From the NCBI GenBank assembly GCA_047614865.1, contig JBLHFB010000001.1:1-25169 (forward strand): a DNA stretch of 25,169 bases, given 5' to 3'. Below, in pieces: positions 17,734 to 25,169 of the stretch; within the stretch, counting starts at the first letter, position 1; every line of letters begins with the position of its first letter. A program made the translations under genes and the position numbers. Under the pieces are notes generated by a model. The model made no database searches. It was given only the letters and a program-made list of their open reading frames with translations, and had not been told where the DNA came from. This DNA comes from Gammaproteobacteria bacterium. GTDB lineage: Bacteria > Pseudomonadota > Gammaproteobacteria > JAPPPA01.

Positions 17734-18924
17734 CTAGAGACTGTCTAAACCGCGCGCGAGGTCTTCAATAATGTCGTCGCTGTGCTCTAGACCAACCGAT
17801 AGGCGAACTAGACCTTCGGTAATACCAGTGCGGAGCTTTTCTGCTTCTGTAACTCGACCATGTGTGGTGGTCGCCGGATGAGTAATGGTGCTGCGTGTAT
17901 CGCCAAGGTTAGCGGTGATCGACAACATGTCAGTGGCATCAATCACCGACCAGGCCGCCGGCCTGCCGCCATTAACTTCAAACGACAGTATCGCCCCAGA
18001 GCGACTTTGCTGCTTAGCAGCCAGTTCGCGCTGCGGATACCCTTTAGCGCCGGGGTAGTTGACCTTGCTAACTTGGGGGTGCACTTCTAGCCATTCGGTA
18101 ACTCGTTGTGCGTTGTCGCTCTGAGCATTCATGCGCAGAGACAAAGTCTCTAGGCCTTTTAGGAACGTCCACGCGTTAAACGGGCTCATGCTTGGGCCAG
18201 TAGTCCGAATAAACTTGCGCACCACTTCTTCGGTTTCTGCTGTTGCACCGCAAATAGCGCCACCAATGCAGCGGCCTTGGCCGTCAATATATTTGGTTGC
18301 CGAATGAATCACGTAATCGGCACCAAAATCAATTGGGTTCTGCAGCACAGGGGTGCAAAAGCAATTGTCGACCACTAAAACTGCACCCGCATCACGAGCT
18401 ATCGATGCTAGCTGGCGAATGTCGCCTATTTCACAAGTGGGATTACTCGGCGTCTCCAAGAACAACATCTTAGTGTTGTCTTGAACGGCGCCCTTCCAAG
18501 CCTGTATGTCGACTAGGTCGACTAAGGTGACTTCGATATCGAACTGCGGCAAATAGGTATCGAGCAAGACGCTAATCGTGCCAAACAAACTACGCGACGC
18601 AACTAAGTGATCGCCCGAGTTTAATACCGCAAAGATAAGCGTATTAACCGCTGCCATTCCCGAAGCTGTTCCAGTACACCAAGCAGCCTTTTCCATCGCT
18701 GCTAGACGATCCTCAAAGGCCTTAACTGTCGGGTTGGTGAAACGTGAGTAGATATTGCCAGGCTCCTCGCCAGAGAAGCGTGCCGCGGCTTGTGCCGCGC
18801 TATCGAAGACATAACTAGAGGTAGCGTGGATTGCTGGCGAATGCTCGCCTTCACTACTGGTATTCTCTCCGGCCCGGATTGCTGCAGTTTCAATGTGGGC
18901 GAATTTTTTTGGCTTGTCTGACAT
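17734..18924 (-). CDS. metZ: O-succinylhomoserine sulfhydrylase
   Basis: YSRFTNPTV, ASGMAA, LETPSNP, PLP-lysine motif HSATKYIDGQGR, ANLGD; directly after purF. Confidence 0.93.
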   Translation of the reverse strand: MSDKPKKFAHIETAAIRAGENTSSEGEHSPAIHATSSYVFDSAAQAAARFSGEEPGNIYSRFTNPTVKAFEDRLAAMEKAAWCTGTASGMAAVNTLIFAVLNSGDHLVASRSLFGTISVLLDTYLPQFDIEVTLVDLVDIQAWKGAVQDNTKMLFLETPSNPTCEIGDIRQLASIARDAGAVLVVDNCFCTPVLQNPIDFGADYVIHSATKYIDGQGRCIGGAICGATAETEEVVRKFIRTTGPSMSPFNAWTFLKGLETLSLRMNAQSDNAQRVTEWLEVHPQVSKVNYPGAKGYPQRELAAKQQSRSGAILSFEVNGGRPAAWSVIDATDMLSITANLGDTRSTITHPATTTHGRVTEAEKLRTGITEGLVRLSVGLEHSDDIIEDLARGLDSL

Positions 18925-18966
18925 GATTTGACTACTTGAAAATACGGCTTGTATGCATTGTGTGAG

Positions 18967-20499
18967 CTAGCTAGCGGGTACAGCTTGACGGACTAAACGC
19001 AGCTCACCCTGAGCCTTAGCACTCGCGCCCTCAGCTTTGGCCTCATCTGAGCGAAGCAGTTCCAGCTCTTGCAAATACTCAGGCGTCACATCGCCGGTGA
19101 CGTAATGACCATTGAATACCGAAGCGTCCCATTCGGTAATCTTTGTATTACCAACGGCCACCGCGTCGACCAAACCTTCAAGAGTCAGATAGAACAGTTT
19201 GTCGGCACCGAGATATCTAGCAATTTCGTCGGTGGTGCGACCATGAGCAACCAGCTCAGTAACCGACGGCATATCGATGCCGTAGACGTTTGGATGGCGA
19301 ACAGCCGGTGCAGCTGACGCCATGTAGACATTCTTGGCTCCAGAATCACGCGCCATTTGAATTATTTCGCGAGCCGTAGTCCCTCGGACAATTGAGTCAT
19401 CTACCAACAAAACATTTTTACCCGCAAACTCAAGATCAATCGGGTTGAGTTTTTGGCGAACGGAGCGCTTGCGCTCTTGCTGACCCGGCATGATGAAGGT
19501 ACGGCCGATATAACGATTCTTGATAAACCCTTCGCGGAATTTGCAATGCAAGTGATAGGCAACCTGAACCGCCGAGGTACGGCTGGTATCCGGAATCGGA
19601 ATAACCACGTCAATATCGTGATCACTTCCTAACTGTTTCAGGATTTCAAAGCCAAGATTGTCGCCCATACGCAGGCGCGCTTTGTAAACTGATATCTGGT
19701 CGATAATTGAGTCTGGACGTGCCATGTAGACATACTCAAACAAACATGGCGCATAGCCTGCGTCTGGCGCACAGAGCTTGGAGAACATTTCACCGTGTTC
19801 GGTAACAACAATCGCTTCGCCCGGTCGAACGTCGCGCTCAAGCTCGTATGACAAAGCATCCAGAGCTACTGATTCAGAAGCTACGGCATAGCTATTAAAG
19901 CCAATACCTTTATTGACGCCGAACACTAGTGGCCTAAGTCCCATCTTGTCGCGGAAGGCGAACATTCCGTACCCAGGAATCAACCCAACCACTGCGTAGC
20001 CACCGCGGACACGACGATGAACACCTTCCACCGCGGTAAATATTTTCTCTGGAGTAAGCTCAGCACCGCCAATCTTGTGCAGTTCACCTGCAAAAATATT
20101 AAGCAAAACTTCGGAGTCAGAGTTGGTGTTGAAATGGCGTAAGTCTTTTTGATGTAGCTCCGATCGCAACTCGTCGACGTTGGTCAAATTACCGTTATGG
20201 GCCAGCGCAATGCCATACGGTGAGTTGACGAAAAACGGCTGGGACTCCGCTTCGCTTGAACAGCCAGCGGTTGGGTAACGCACATGGCCAATCCCAAAGT
20301 CGCCAACTAGCGACTCCATCGACGACTGACTAAAAACCTCTTTAACCAGACCATTGCCCTTAACCAAGTGGACTCTGCCAGACGCTTCGCAAGTCAGAAT
20401 GCCAGCAGCATCCTGGCCGCGATGCTGCACCACAGAAAGCCCGTCATATAGCTGCTGATTGACGTTCTGATTGGAAACTATGCCTACTATTCCACACAT
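18967..20499 (-). CDS. purF: Amidophosphoribosyltransferase
   Basis: N-terminal MCGIVG nucleophile, QHRGQDAAG, HVRYPTAG, HNGNL, PRT motif VDDSIVRGTT. Confidence 0.98.
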   Translation of the reverse strand: MCGIVGIVSNQNVNQQLYDGLSVVQHRGQDAAGILTCEASGRVHLVKGNGLVKEVFSQSSMESLVGDFGIGHVRYPTAGCSSEAESQPFFVNSPYGIALAHNGNLTNVDELRSELHQKDLRHFNTNSDSEVLLNIFAGELHKIGGAELTPEKIFTAVEGVHRRVRGGYAVVGLIPGYGMFAFRDKMGLRPLVFGVNKGIGFNSYAVASESVALDALSYELERDVRPGEAIVVTEHGEMFSKLCAPDAGYAPCLFEYVYMARPDSIIDQISVYKARLRMGDNLGFEILKQLGSDHDIDVVIPIPDTSRTSAVQVAYHLHCKFREGFIKNRYIGRTFIMPGQQERKRSVRQKLNPIDLEFAGKNVLLVDDSIVRGTTAREIIQMARDSGAKNVYMASAAPAVRHPNVYGIDMPSVTELVAHGRTTDEIARYLGADKLFYLTLEGLVDAVAVGNTKITEWDASVFNGHYVTGDVTPEYLQELELLRSDEAKAEGASAKAQGELRLVRQAVPAS

Positions 20500-20557
20500 T
20501 TTAGCGAAGTACTCTTAAGAGATTATTGAGATCGAATGTTCGAACAAGTAAAGCAAC

Positions 20558-21208
20558 TTACTGAATTTCTGTGTCAGAGGCAGCTTTTGCGGTGGAGCTA
20601 TCAGCGTCTGTTTCGCCGGCGGTTTTTTCGGTAAAGGGTCCGGCGGGAGGTTTAGTGCTCTCGCCAGATATACTTGACTGGCTGCTTGGCTGCGCTGTTG
20701 GCGCGTCAGGAGTTATGCCCTGTTCCGACTTCCATGTGCCATAGGCATTGGTTGCCCCGCCGCTGATCATCGCGGTTAGCTCGTCAAATTCCCCTAAAAA
20801 TTTCGACTCTGGCCACCATTGCTTGATCGGTAACGCTAATACGTTGGAAACAATAATGAACAAGGCAACCAACACCACACCACGCACTGAGCCGAGTAAT
20901 ATCCCTAGCAAACGGTCTGTGCCGTTGACGCCGATGCTCAACAGGAACTTGCCAAGCAAGTAGTTAACTACTGCCGCAGCAAATAGCGTCCCTACAAACA
21001 ACATAGCCGCAGCAGCCCAGAATCGAAGCTGAGGATTGGCTAGTTGTTCAACCAAGTGCGGGGCTAGGTATTTAGCGCCGAATAACGCAACGCAGCATGC
21101 AGCAATTAGGCCTAACAGGGACATCGCTTCACGAATAAAGCCGCGCGCAAAACTCACCAGTGCCGACAGGAGAATGATACCGACGATAATGTAATCAACA
21201 ACTTCCAT
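20558..21208 (-). CDS. cvpA: CvpA-family membrane protein with a C-terminal extension
   Basis: RGFIREAMSL and DRLLGILLGSVRG; lies between dedD and purF. Confidence 0.92.
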   Translation of the reverse strand: MEVVDYIIVGIILLSALVSFARGFIREAMSLLGLIAACCVALFGAKYLAPHLVEQLANPQLRFWAAAAMLFVGTLFAAAVVNYLLGKFLLSIGVNGTDRLLGILLGSVRGVVLVALFIIVSNVLALPIKQWWPESKFLGEFDELTAMISGGATNAYGTWKSEQGITPDAPTAQPSSQSSISGESTKPPAGPFTEKTAGETDADSSTAKAASDTEIQ

Positions 21209-21242
21209 TTACTTGTTCTCAATGAGTGGAGGCGGGAGGCGA

Positions 21243-21251
21243 ATTTTACCA
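21243..21251 (-). promoter_or_regulatory. Putative extended -10 promoter for cvpA-purF
   Basis: Minus strand TG-G-TAAAAT about 35 nt upstream of the cvpA ATG; no convincing -35. Confidence 0.45.
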
Positions 21252-21303
21252 GAGCTAAGGGCGACTCGCGTCACGTTATTTACTAAGGTAATGGGGGCTA
21301 AAG

Positions 21304-22005
21304 CTAGCTAGGCAGTGAGTCCATACGAATAACAATCCCGTCGAGTCGATGTTGCTTTTGGATCTTAGCTTTAGTCGAACTCGCTCGATCTTTGCTGCCT
21401 CTTACGGGCACAACAACCAAATAGAAAACTTTGCCGTTGCTCTTGTCGATCGTGACGAGCTTTACTGGCCAATCATTGTTGGTTAGAACATCCCTCAGGT
21501 TTTCCGCATTGCTCCGCTGGCCGAAAAAACCTAGTTGAACGCCATAAGTAGTTCTGGGAACGGGCGGAGCTACTTTGGGAGGCAGTGGTTCGAGCGTTGC
21601 AGACGTTTCGCTGCTGAACGGTTCTGTGGCCACCGCTGCAGGAGTTAACTTAACTGGGACATGAGACGCCTGAGGCAGCTGTACTCTCGTATTAGCTGCG
21701 GGCTCGTGATTGCTATTCGGTTCGCCACTTTCATTGCTAGTAGCTGCTACCCCGGACTGAGCATCGTCCAGCAACGGGCTAGGAGGCAAACGCCCTTGCG
21801 CCTCTCGCTCAAAGACAAGTTTGCTGCCTTCGCGAATTTCGACAACACCCTCTTTGTCGAATACCACAAGCCGAACATCTTCAGCTTGATCCGGTAGCTC
21901 GACGGCGTCTGCTTCCTGACTATCGGAACATCCCACCGCTACGCAAAGTACTGAGATTGACAGCAACGCGCGCAAGCCGGTGTATTTAATCATGTGATAT
22001 TTCAT
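21304..22005 (-). CDS. SPOR-domain protein in the dedD position
   Basis: C-terminal YGVQLGFFGQRSNAENLRDVL...YLVVV SPOR-like domain, Pro/Ala/Ser-rich linker and N-terminal hydrophobic segment. Overlaps the folC end by 20 nt. Symbol withheld because the N-terminus differs from DedD. Confidence 0.8.
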   Translation of the reverse strand: MKYHMIKYTGLRALLSISVLCVAVGCSDSQEADAVELPDQAEDVRLVVFDKEGVVEIREGSKLVFEREAQGRLPPSPLLDDAQSGVAATSNESGEPNSNHEPAANTRVQLPQASHVPVKLTPAAVATEPFSSETSATLEPLPPKVAPPVPRTTYGVQLGFFGQRSNAENLRDVLTNNDWPVKLVTIDKSNGKVFYLVVVPVRGSKDRASSTKAKIQKQHRLDGIVIRMDSLPS

Positions 22006-23299
22006 GCGAACGACACCAGGTTAGGGCTGCGGCGACAGTCTCAAAAGAACCAAATATAACCAAGGAGTGATGATTATCCTCCACCATCTGATTCAGCACC
22101 AGCGGCAAGGCTGATTCAACATCGTGATGCAACCGAGCAGCCGGGTTGCCCATCGCGCGAGCGAGCGATTGCGAAGTCTGTCCACGTGGCCCATGGAGGC
22201 CCGCAAGATGCCAAGCGAGAATGGAACCAGACAGTTTGCTGTAAACATCAGCACAATCTTTGTCGGCCAACATTGCACACAACGCTACTCTTCCGCAATT
22301 TGAGCTGTTTGTAGCCTCACCCAGACTATCAGCAAGCACTTCTGCAGAGTCTGAATTATGTGCAACGTCCACGGTGATAGATATTTCGCGTCCGAGCCAG
22401 AGTAGATCAAATTGCTGCCCTCGACCAAGCAGTTCAGCGTTGGTAATACCCCGCTTAATACAGCCCGCCGACAGATCTAATCGCGATTGAAGCAACTGAG
22501 AAACCACAATCGCCGCCGCCGCATTGCTTGCGGGAACGCTAGGAATTCCGCGGCGTGACAAGGAGATTGTCTGCCCTGCAAATATCACAGAAAGCCCATC
22601 AGACTTAGCGTCTACAAGGTAATCTCTGGCCTCGCGATACACCACTGCGCCAGTCGCTTCGGCGAGCTGGTCTGCCGTAATTGGAATATTACGATCCGCA
22701 AGAACCAGTGGGCAGTCTTGCCGACAAATAGCAGCCTTTTCTTCAGCGATACGCTGAGTGTCCGAACCAAGCCACGCTTGGTGGTCAACCCCGATACTGG
22801 TTACCACTGCGACATCAGAGTCGACACAATTGGTGGCATCAAGCCGTCCGCCAAGCCCAACTTCTAGAACGACCACGTCAACCTTCTCAACATCAAACCA
22901 GTACAGAGCAGCAACAATCAAGAATTCGAAATAAGTAAGAGCAATATCACCGCGGCCCACTTCAACCGCAGATAGGCAGCTTGCAAGGTCAGCATCCGCG
23001 ATTGGAACCCCTGAGATACAAACCCGTTCGTTTACCGAGAATAGATGAGGCGACGTGGTGGCTCCGCAGCGAAGGTCAGCTGCCGAAAAGATACTTTGGA
23101 GGTAGGCTACGGTTGAACCCTTGCCATTGGTTCCGGCAACCGTCACTACGGGGACAGCTGGCTTAGAGAGCCCCATTTGCGATAGGACTTTCTTAGTCCG
23201 TTCGAGACCCATATCGATTTTTGATGGGTCTAACGCCTCCAGCCATTGTATCCAGTCTGAAAGTGGCGCGGCCTTGGCGGGCGGTAATTGAGTGCTCAA
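21986..23299 (-). CDS. folC: Bifunctional folylpolyglutamate synthase/dihydrofolate synthase
   Basis: VAGTNGKGST, TSPHL, TYFEF, EVGLGGRLDATN, DVAHN, FGSF; TTG start. Confidence 0.96.
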   Translation of the reverse strand: MSTQLPPAKAAPLSDWIQWLEALDPSKIDMGLERTKKVLSQMGLSKPAVPVVTVAGTNGKGSTVAYLQSIFSAADLRCGATTSPHLFSVNERVCISGVPIADADLASCLSAVEVGRGDIALTYFEFLIVAALYWFDVEKVDVVVLEVGLGGRLDATNCVDSDVAVVTSIGVDHQAWLGSDTQRIAEEKAAICRQDCPLVLADRNIPITADQLAEATGAVVYREARDYLVDAKSDGLSVIFAGQTISLSRRGIPSVPASNAAAAIVVSQLLQSRLDLSAGCIKRGITNAELLGRGQQFDLLWLGREISITVDVAHNSDSAEVLADSLGEATNSSNCGRVALCAMLADKDCADVYSKLSGSILAWHLAGLHGPRGQTSQSLARAMGNPAARLHHDVESALPLVLNQMVEDNHHSLVIFGSFETVAAALTWCRSHEISHD

Positions 23300-23335
23300 T
23301 GAATTGGCGAATAAACTAGGAATAGATCTGAGGAA

Positions 23336-24394
23336 TTAAGACTTTGGACCTTTCTCAGCTTCAATCGCAAGCTCAGATCCAACTGCTTCTATTTCTGGGC
23401 TGTTTAAAACGGCACCGTTTGCCGCCGCAAGATCAACAGAAATAACAGCGGCTTTCGATTCTTCGGCGATGTCTTTCGAGACTATTTTACTTTGATCAAC
23501 CACTTCAATAACAGTCGCGGGAGCCTTTTCAAGTTTGGGCTGCCAGTTATTCAAAATGGACAACAAGGAATGGAGGCGGTCTTTCAGCTGTCGTCGATCA
23601 ATAATCTGATCGACCGTACCGTGCTCAAGCAGAAATTCGGCACTTTGAAAACCTTCTGGAAGGTCTTGTTTAACGGTTTGCTTGATCACTCGACGCCCCG
23701 CAAAACCAATAACAGCGCCAGGCTCCGCAATATTAACGTCACCTAACATCGCCAAACTGGCTGATACACCACCTGTGGTCGGGTTCGTCAGCACCGAAAC
23801 AAATGGCACGCCCTTGTCTGACATGCGCGCCAAAATGGCGCTGGTTTTTGCCATTTGCATCAACGAAGTAAGCGCTTCTTGCATACGCGCACCACCGCTG
23901 GCAGTAAAACAAACAAACGGGGCATTCAATTCGATCGCACGTTGTGCCGCGCGGACAAAGCGTTCTCCGACGACACTCGCCATGCTGCCACCCATGAATT
24001 TGAATTCAAATGCAGCAGCCACCACCGGCATGCCGTGAATGGCGCCCTGCATGGCTAACAACGCTTCACTCTCGCCGCTGTTTTTTTGTGCGGCAATTAG
24101 TCGATCACGGTATTTCTTGGTATCGCGGAATTTCAATCTATCGACAGGCTTTAAGTTGTTACCTATCTCCGTAGTGCTACCTGCGTCAAGGAACGAATTC
24201 AGTCGCTCGCGCGCACTGATCCGATGGTGGCCATTACATTTGGGGCAGACGTTGAAGCTGCGTTCAAGCTCAGCGCGATAGAGAACTGCATCACAATACG
24301 AACACATTAACCAAAGGCCTTCTGGCACAGACTTGGCTGCCACGTAGGCTTTATCGGTACTAATCTTTGGTACTAATTTGTCAAACCAGCTCAT
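23336..24394 (-). CDS. accD: Acetyl-CoA carboxylase carboxyltransferase beta subunit
   Basis: C4 zinc finger (CSYC...CPKC), [32 protein letters not shown]. Confidence 0.97.
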   Translation of the reverse strand: MSWFDKLVPKISTDKAYVAAKSVPEGLWLMCSYCDAVLYRAELERSFNVCPKCNGHHRISARERLNSFLDAGSTTEIGNNLKPVDRLKFRDTKKYRDRLIAAQKNSGESEALLAMQGAIHGMPVVAAAFEFKFMGGSMASVVGERFVRAAQRAIELNAPFVCFTASGGARMQEALTSLMQMAKTSAILARMSDKGVPFVSVLTNPTTGGVSASLAMLGDVNIAEPGAVIGFAGRRVIKQTVKQDLPEGFQSAEFLLEHGTVDQIIDRRQLKDRLHSLLSILNNWQPKLEKAPATVIEVVDQSKIVSKDIAEESKAAVISVDLAAANGAVLNSPEIEAVGSELAIEAEKGPKS

Positions 24395-24454
24395 GGATTG
24401 GCCTATGGATGCGTTGGCGAATTGCAGTAGTTATTCTATTAGAATTTAGCGGGA

Positions 24455-25169
24455 TTAATCTTGCTTGTCGAGCGCGAGTCGTAGCTCTTCTGTGAAGCCC
24501 GATGTAGCGTCAACCATTGCTTGATCGCCGCGCTCCATTGCCGCTTCCAATCGCTTAATCATTGCGCTACCGATAATCACTGCGTCAGCGACTTTACCGA
24601 CCTTGGCAGCAGAGGCGCCATCGCCTATTCCAAAGCCGACACCCAAGGGCAGATCGGTGTACTTACGAATCAGATTAAGGCGTTCAGTGACCGCCGCAAC
24701 ATTGATCCCAGCGGCGCCAGTGACACCGTTTAACGATACGTAATAAACAAAGCCGCTGGCTGCAGCGCATATCTCTTTGATTCGGTCTTCTTTGGTCGTT
24801 GGCGCTATCAAGAAAATCGGATCTAGACCGGCCTTTTTGAACAAAGCAACGGTCTCATTCATTGGATTAGGCGGAAGGTCCACCGTAATCACACCATCTA
24901 CGCCAGCCGCCACTGCATCGTTAGAAAATCGCTCGTAGCCGTAGGCCTCAATTGGATTGACATAGCCCATCAAAATAATCGGTGTGTGGTCGTTGGTTTT
25001 ACGAAATTCACCAACCATCTTCAAGACAATCGAAAGCGAAACATGGTGTTCTAAAGCACGCTCTGCCGCACGCTGAATAACTGGACCATCAACCATTGGG
25101 TCGGAAAATGGGATGCCCAACTCGATGATATCAGCGCCGGCATCAGCCATACCGTGAAGTAGTTCGACG
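24455..25169 (-). CDS. trpA: Tryptophan synthase alpha chain (5' end outside window)
   Basis: IIELGIPFSDPMVDGPVIQ, MGYVNP, YYVSLNGVTG, GFGI. The frame stays open to the window edge (..VELLHG-MADAG), so the track's 25150 start is internal. Confidence 0.96.
   Translation of the reverse strand, partial: VELLHGMADAGADIIELGIPFSDPMVDGPVIQRAAERALEHHVSLSIVLKMVGEFRKTNDHTPIILMGYVNPIEAYGYERFSNDAVAAGVDGVITVDLPPNPMNETVALFKKAGLDPIFLIAPTTKEDRIKEICAAASGFVYYVSLNGVTGAAGINVAAVTERLNLIRKYTDLPLGVGFGIGDGASAAKVGKVADAVIIGSAMIKRLEAAMERGDQAMVDATSGFTEELRLALDKQD

Noticed and set aside
21209-21303. PurR box upstream of cvpA-purF
   Set aside because: No match to the E. coli-type ACGCAAACGTTTGCGT consensus is visible.
25082-25102. 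TrpA DPMVDGP instead of the usual DP(L/M)ADGP
   Set aside because: The catalytic Asp is retained, and a single conservative substitution is not enough to infer altered function.
1-25169. Alternative genetic code (TGA reassigned)
   Set aside because: All recognisable genes are full length under code 11 with no in-frame TGA, and the hyuA TGA falls at the expected end.
1-25169. CRISPR array, IS/integrase, prophage, toxin-antitoxin or other defence locus
   Set aside because: No spaced direct repeats, transposase/integrase motifs or phage genes seen. The NYN gene has no antitoxin-like partner, and the XRE protein has an MmyB ligand domain rather than a phage-repressor architecture.

Overview
Chromosomal window from a gammaproteobacterium (GC roughly 50% by eye) with 26 supportable CDS. 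I found no rRNA, tRNA, CRISPR array, mobile element or recognisable defence system. Left part (1-12.4 kb, accessory): end of an AraC regulator, an SDR, an ATP-dependent hydantoinase/oxoprolinase A+B pair, a PCuAC copper chaperone plus Tet-like MFS, rhlE plus a NYN nuclease converging on a cold-shock gene, a divergent DUF2834-like / XRE-MmyB pair, and a 620-aa exported helical-repeat protein of unknown function. Right part (12.5-25.2 kb, core): rplS-trmD-rimM-rpsP, ypjD, ffh, a DUF455-like ferritin-fold protein, and metZ-purF-cvpA-dedD-folC-accD-trpA (partial). Best leads: (i) the ypjD-ffh cassette is flipped relative to the usual ffh-rpsP order; (ii) only 1 of 26 genes ends in TGA while 12 end in TAG; (iii) a consensus promoter and a structured leader of about 158 nt precede the csp gene, next to an RNA helicase + RNase pair; (iv) a palindromic operator candidate lies between the XRE-MmyB and DUF2834-like genes; (v) the same CTACAG-N9-CTGTAT dyad occurs in two neighbouring promoter regions. 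None of these establishes a new system. All family calls come from motif recognition by eye, not database searches.
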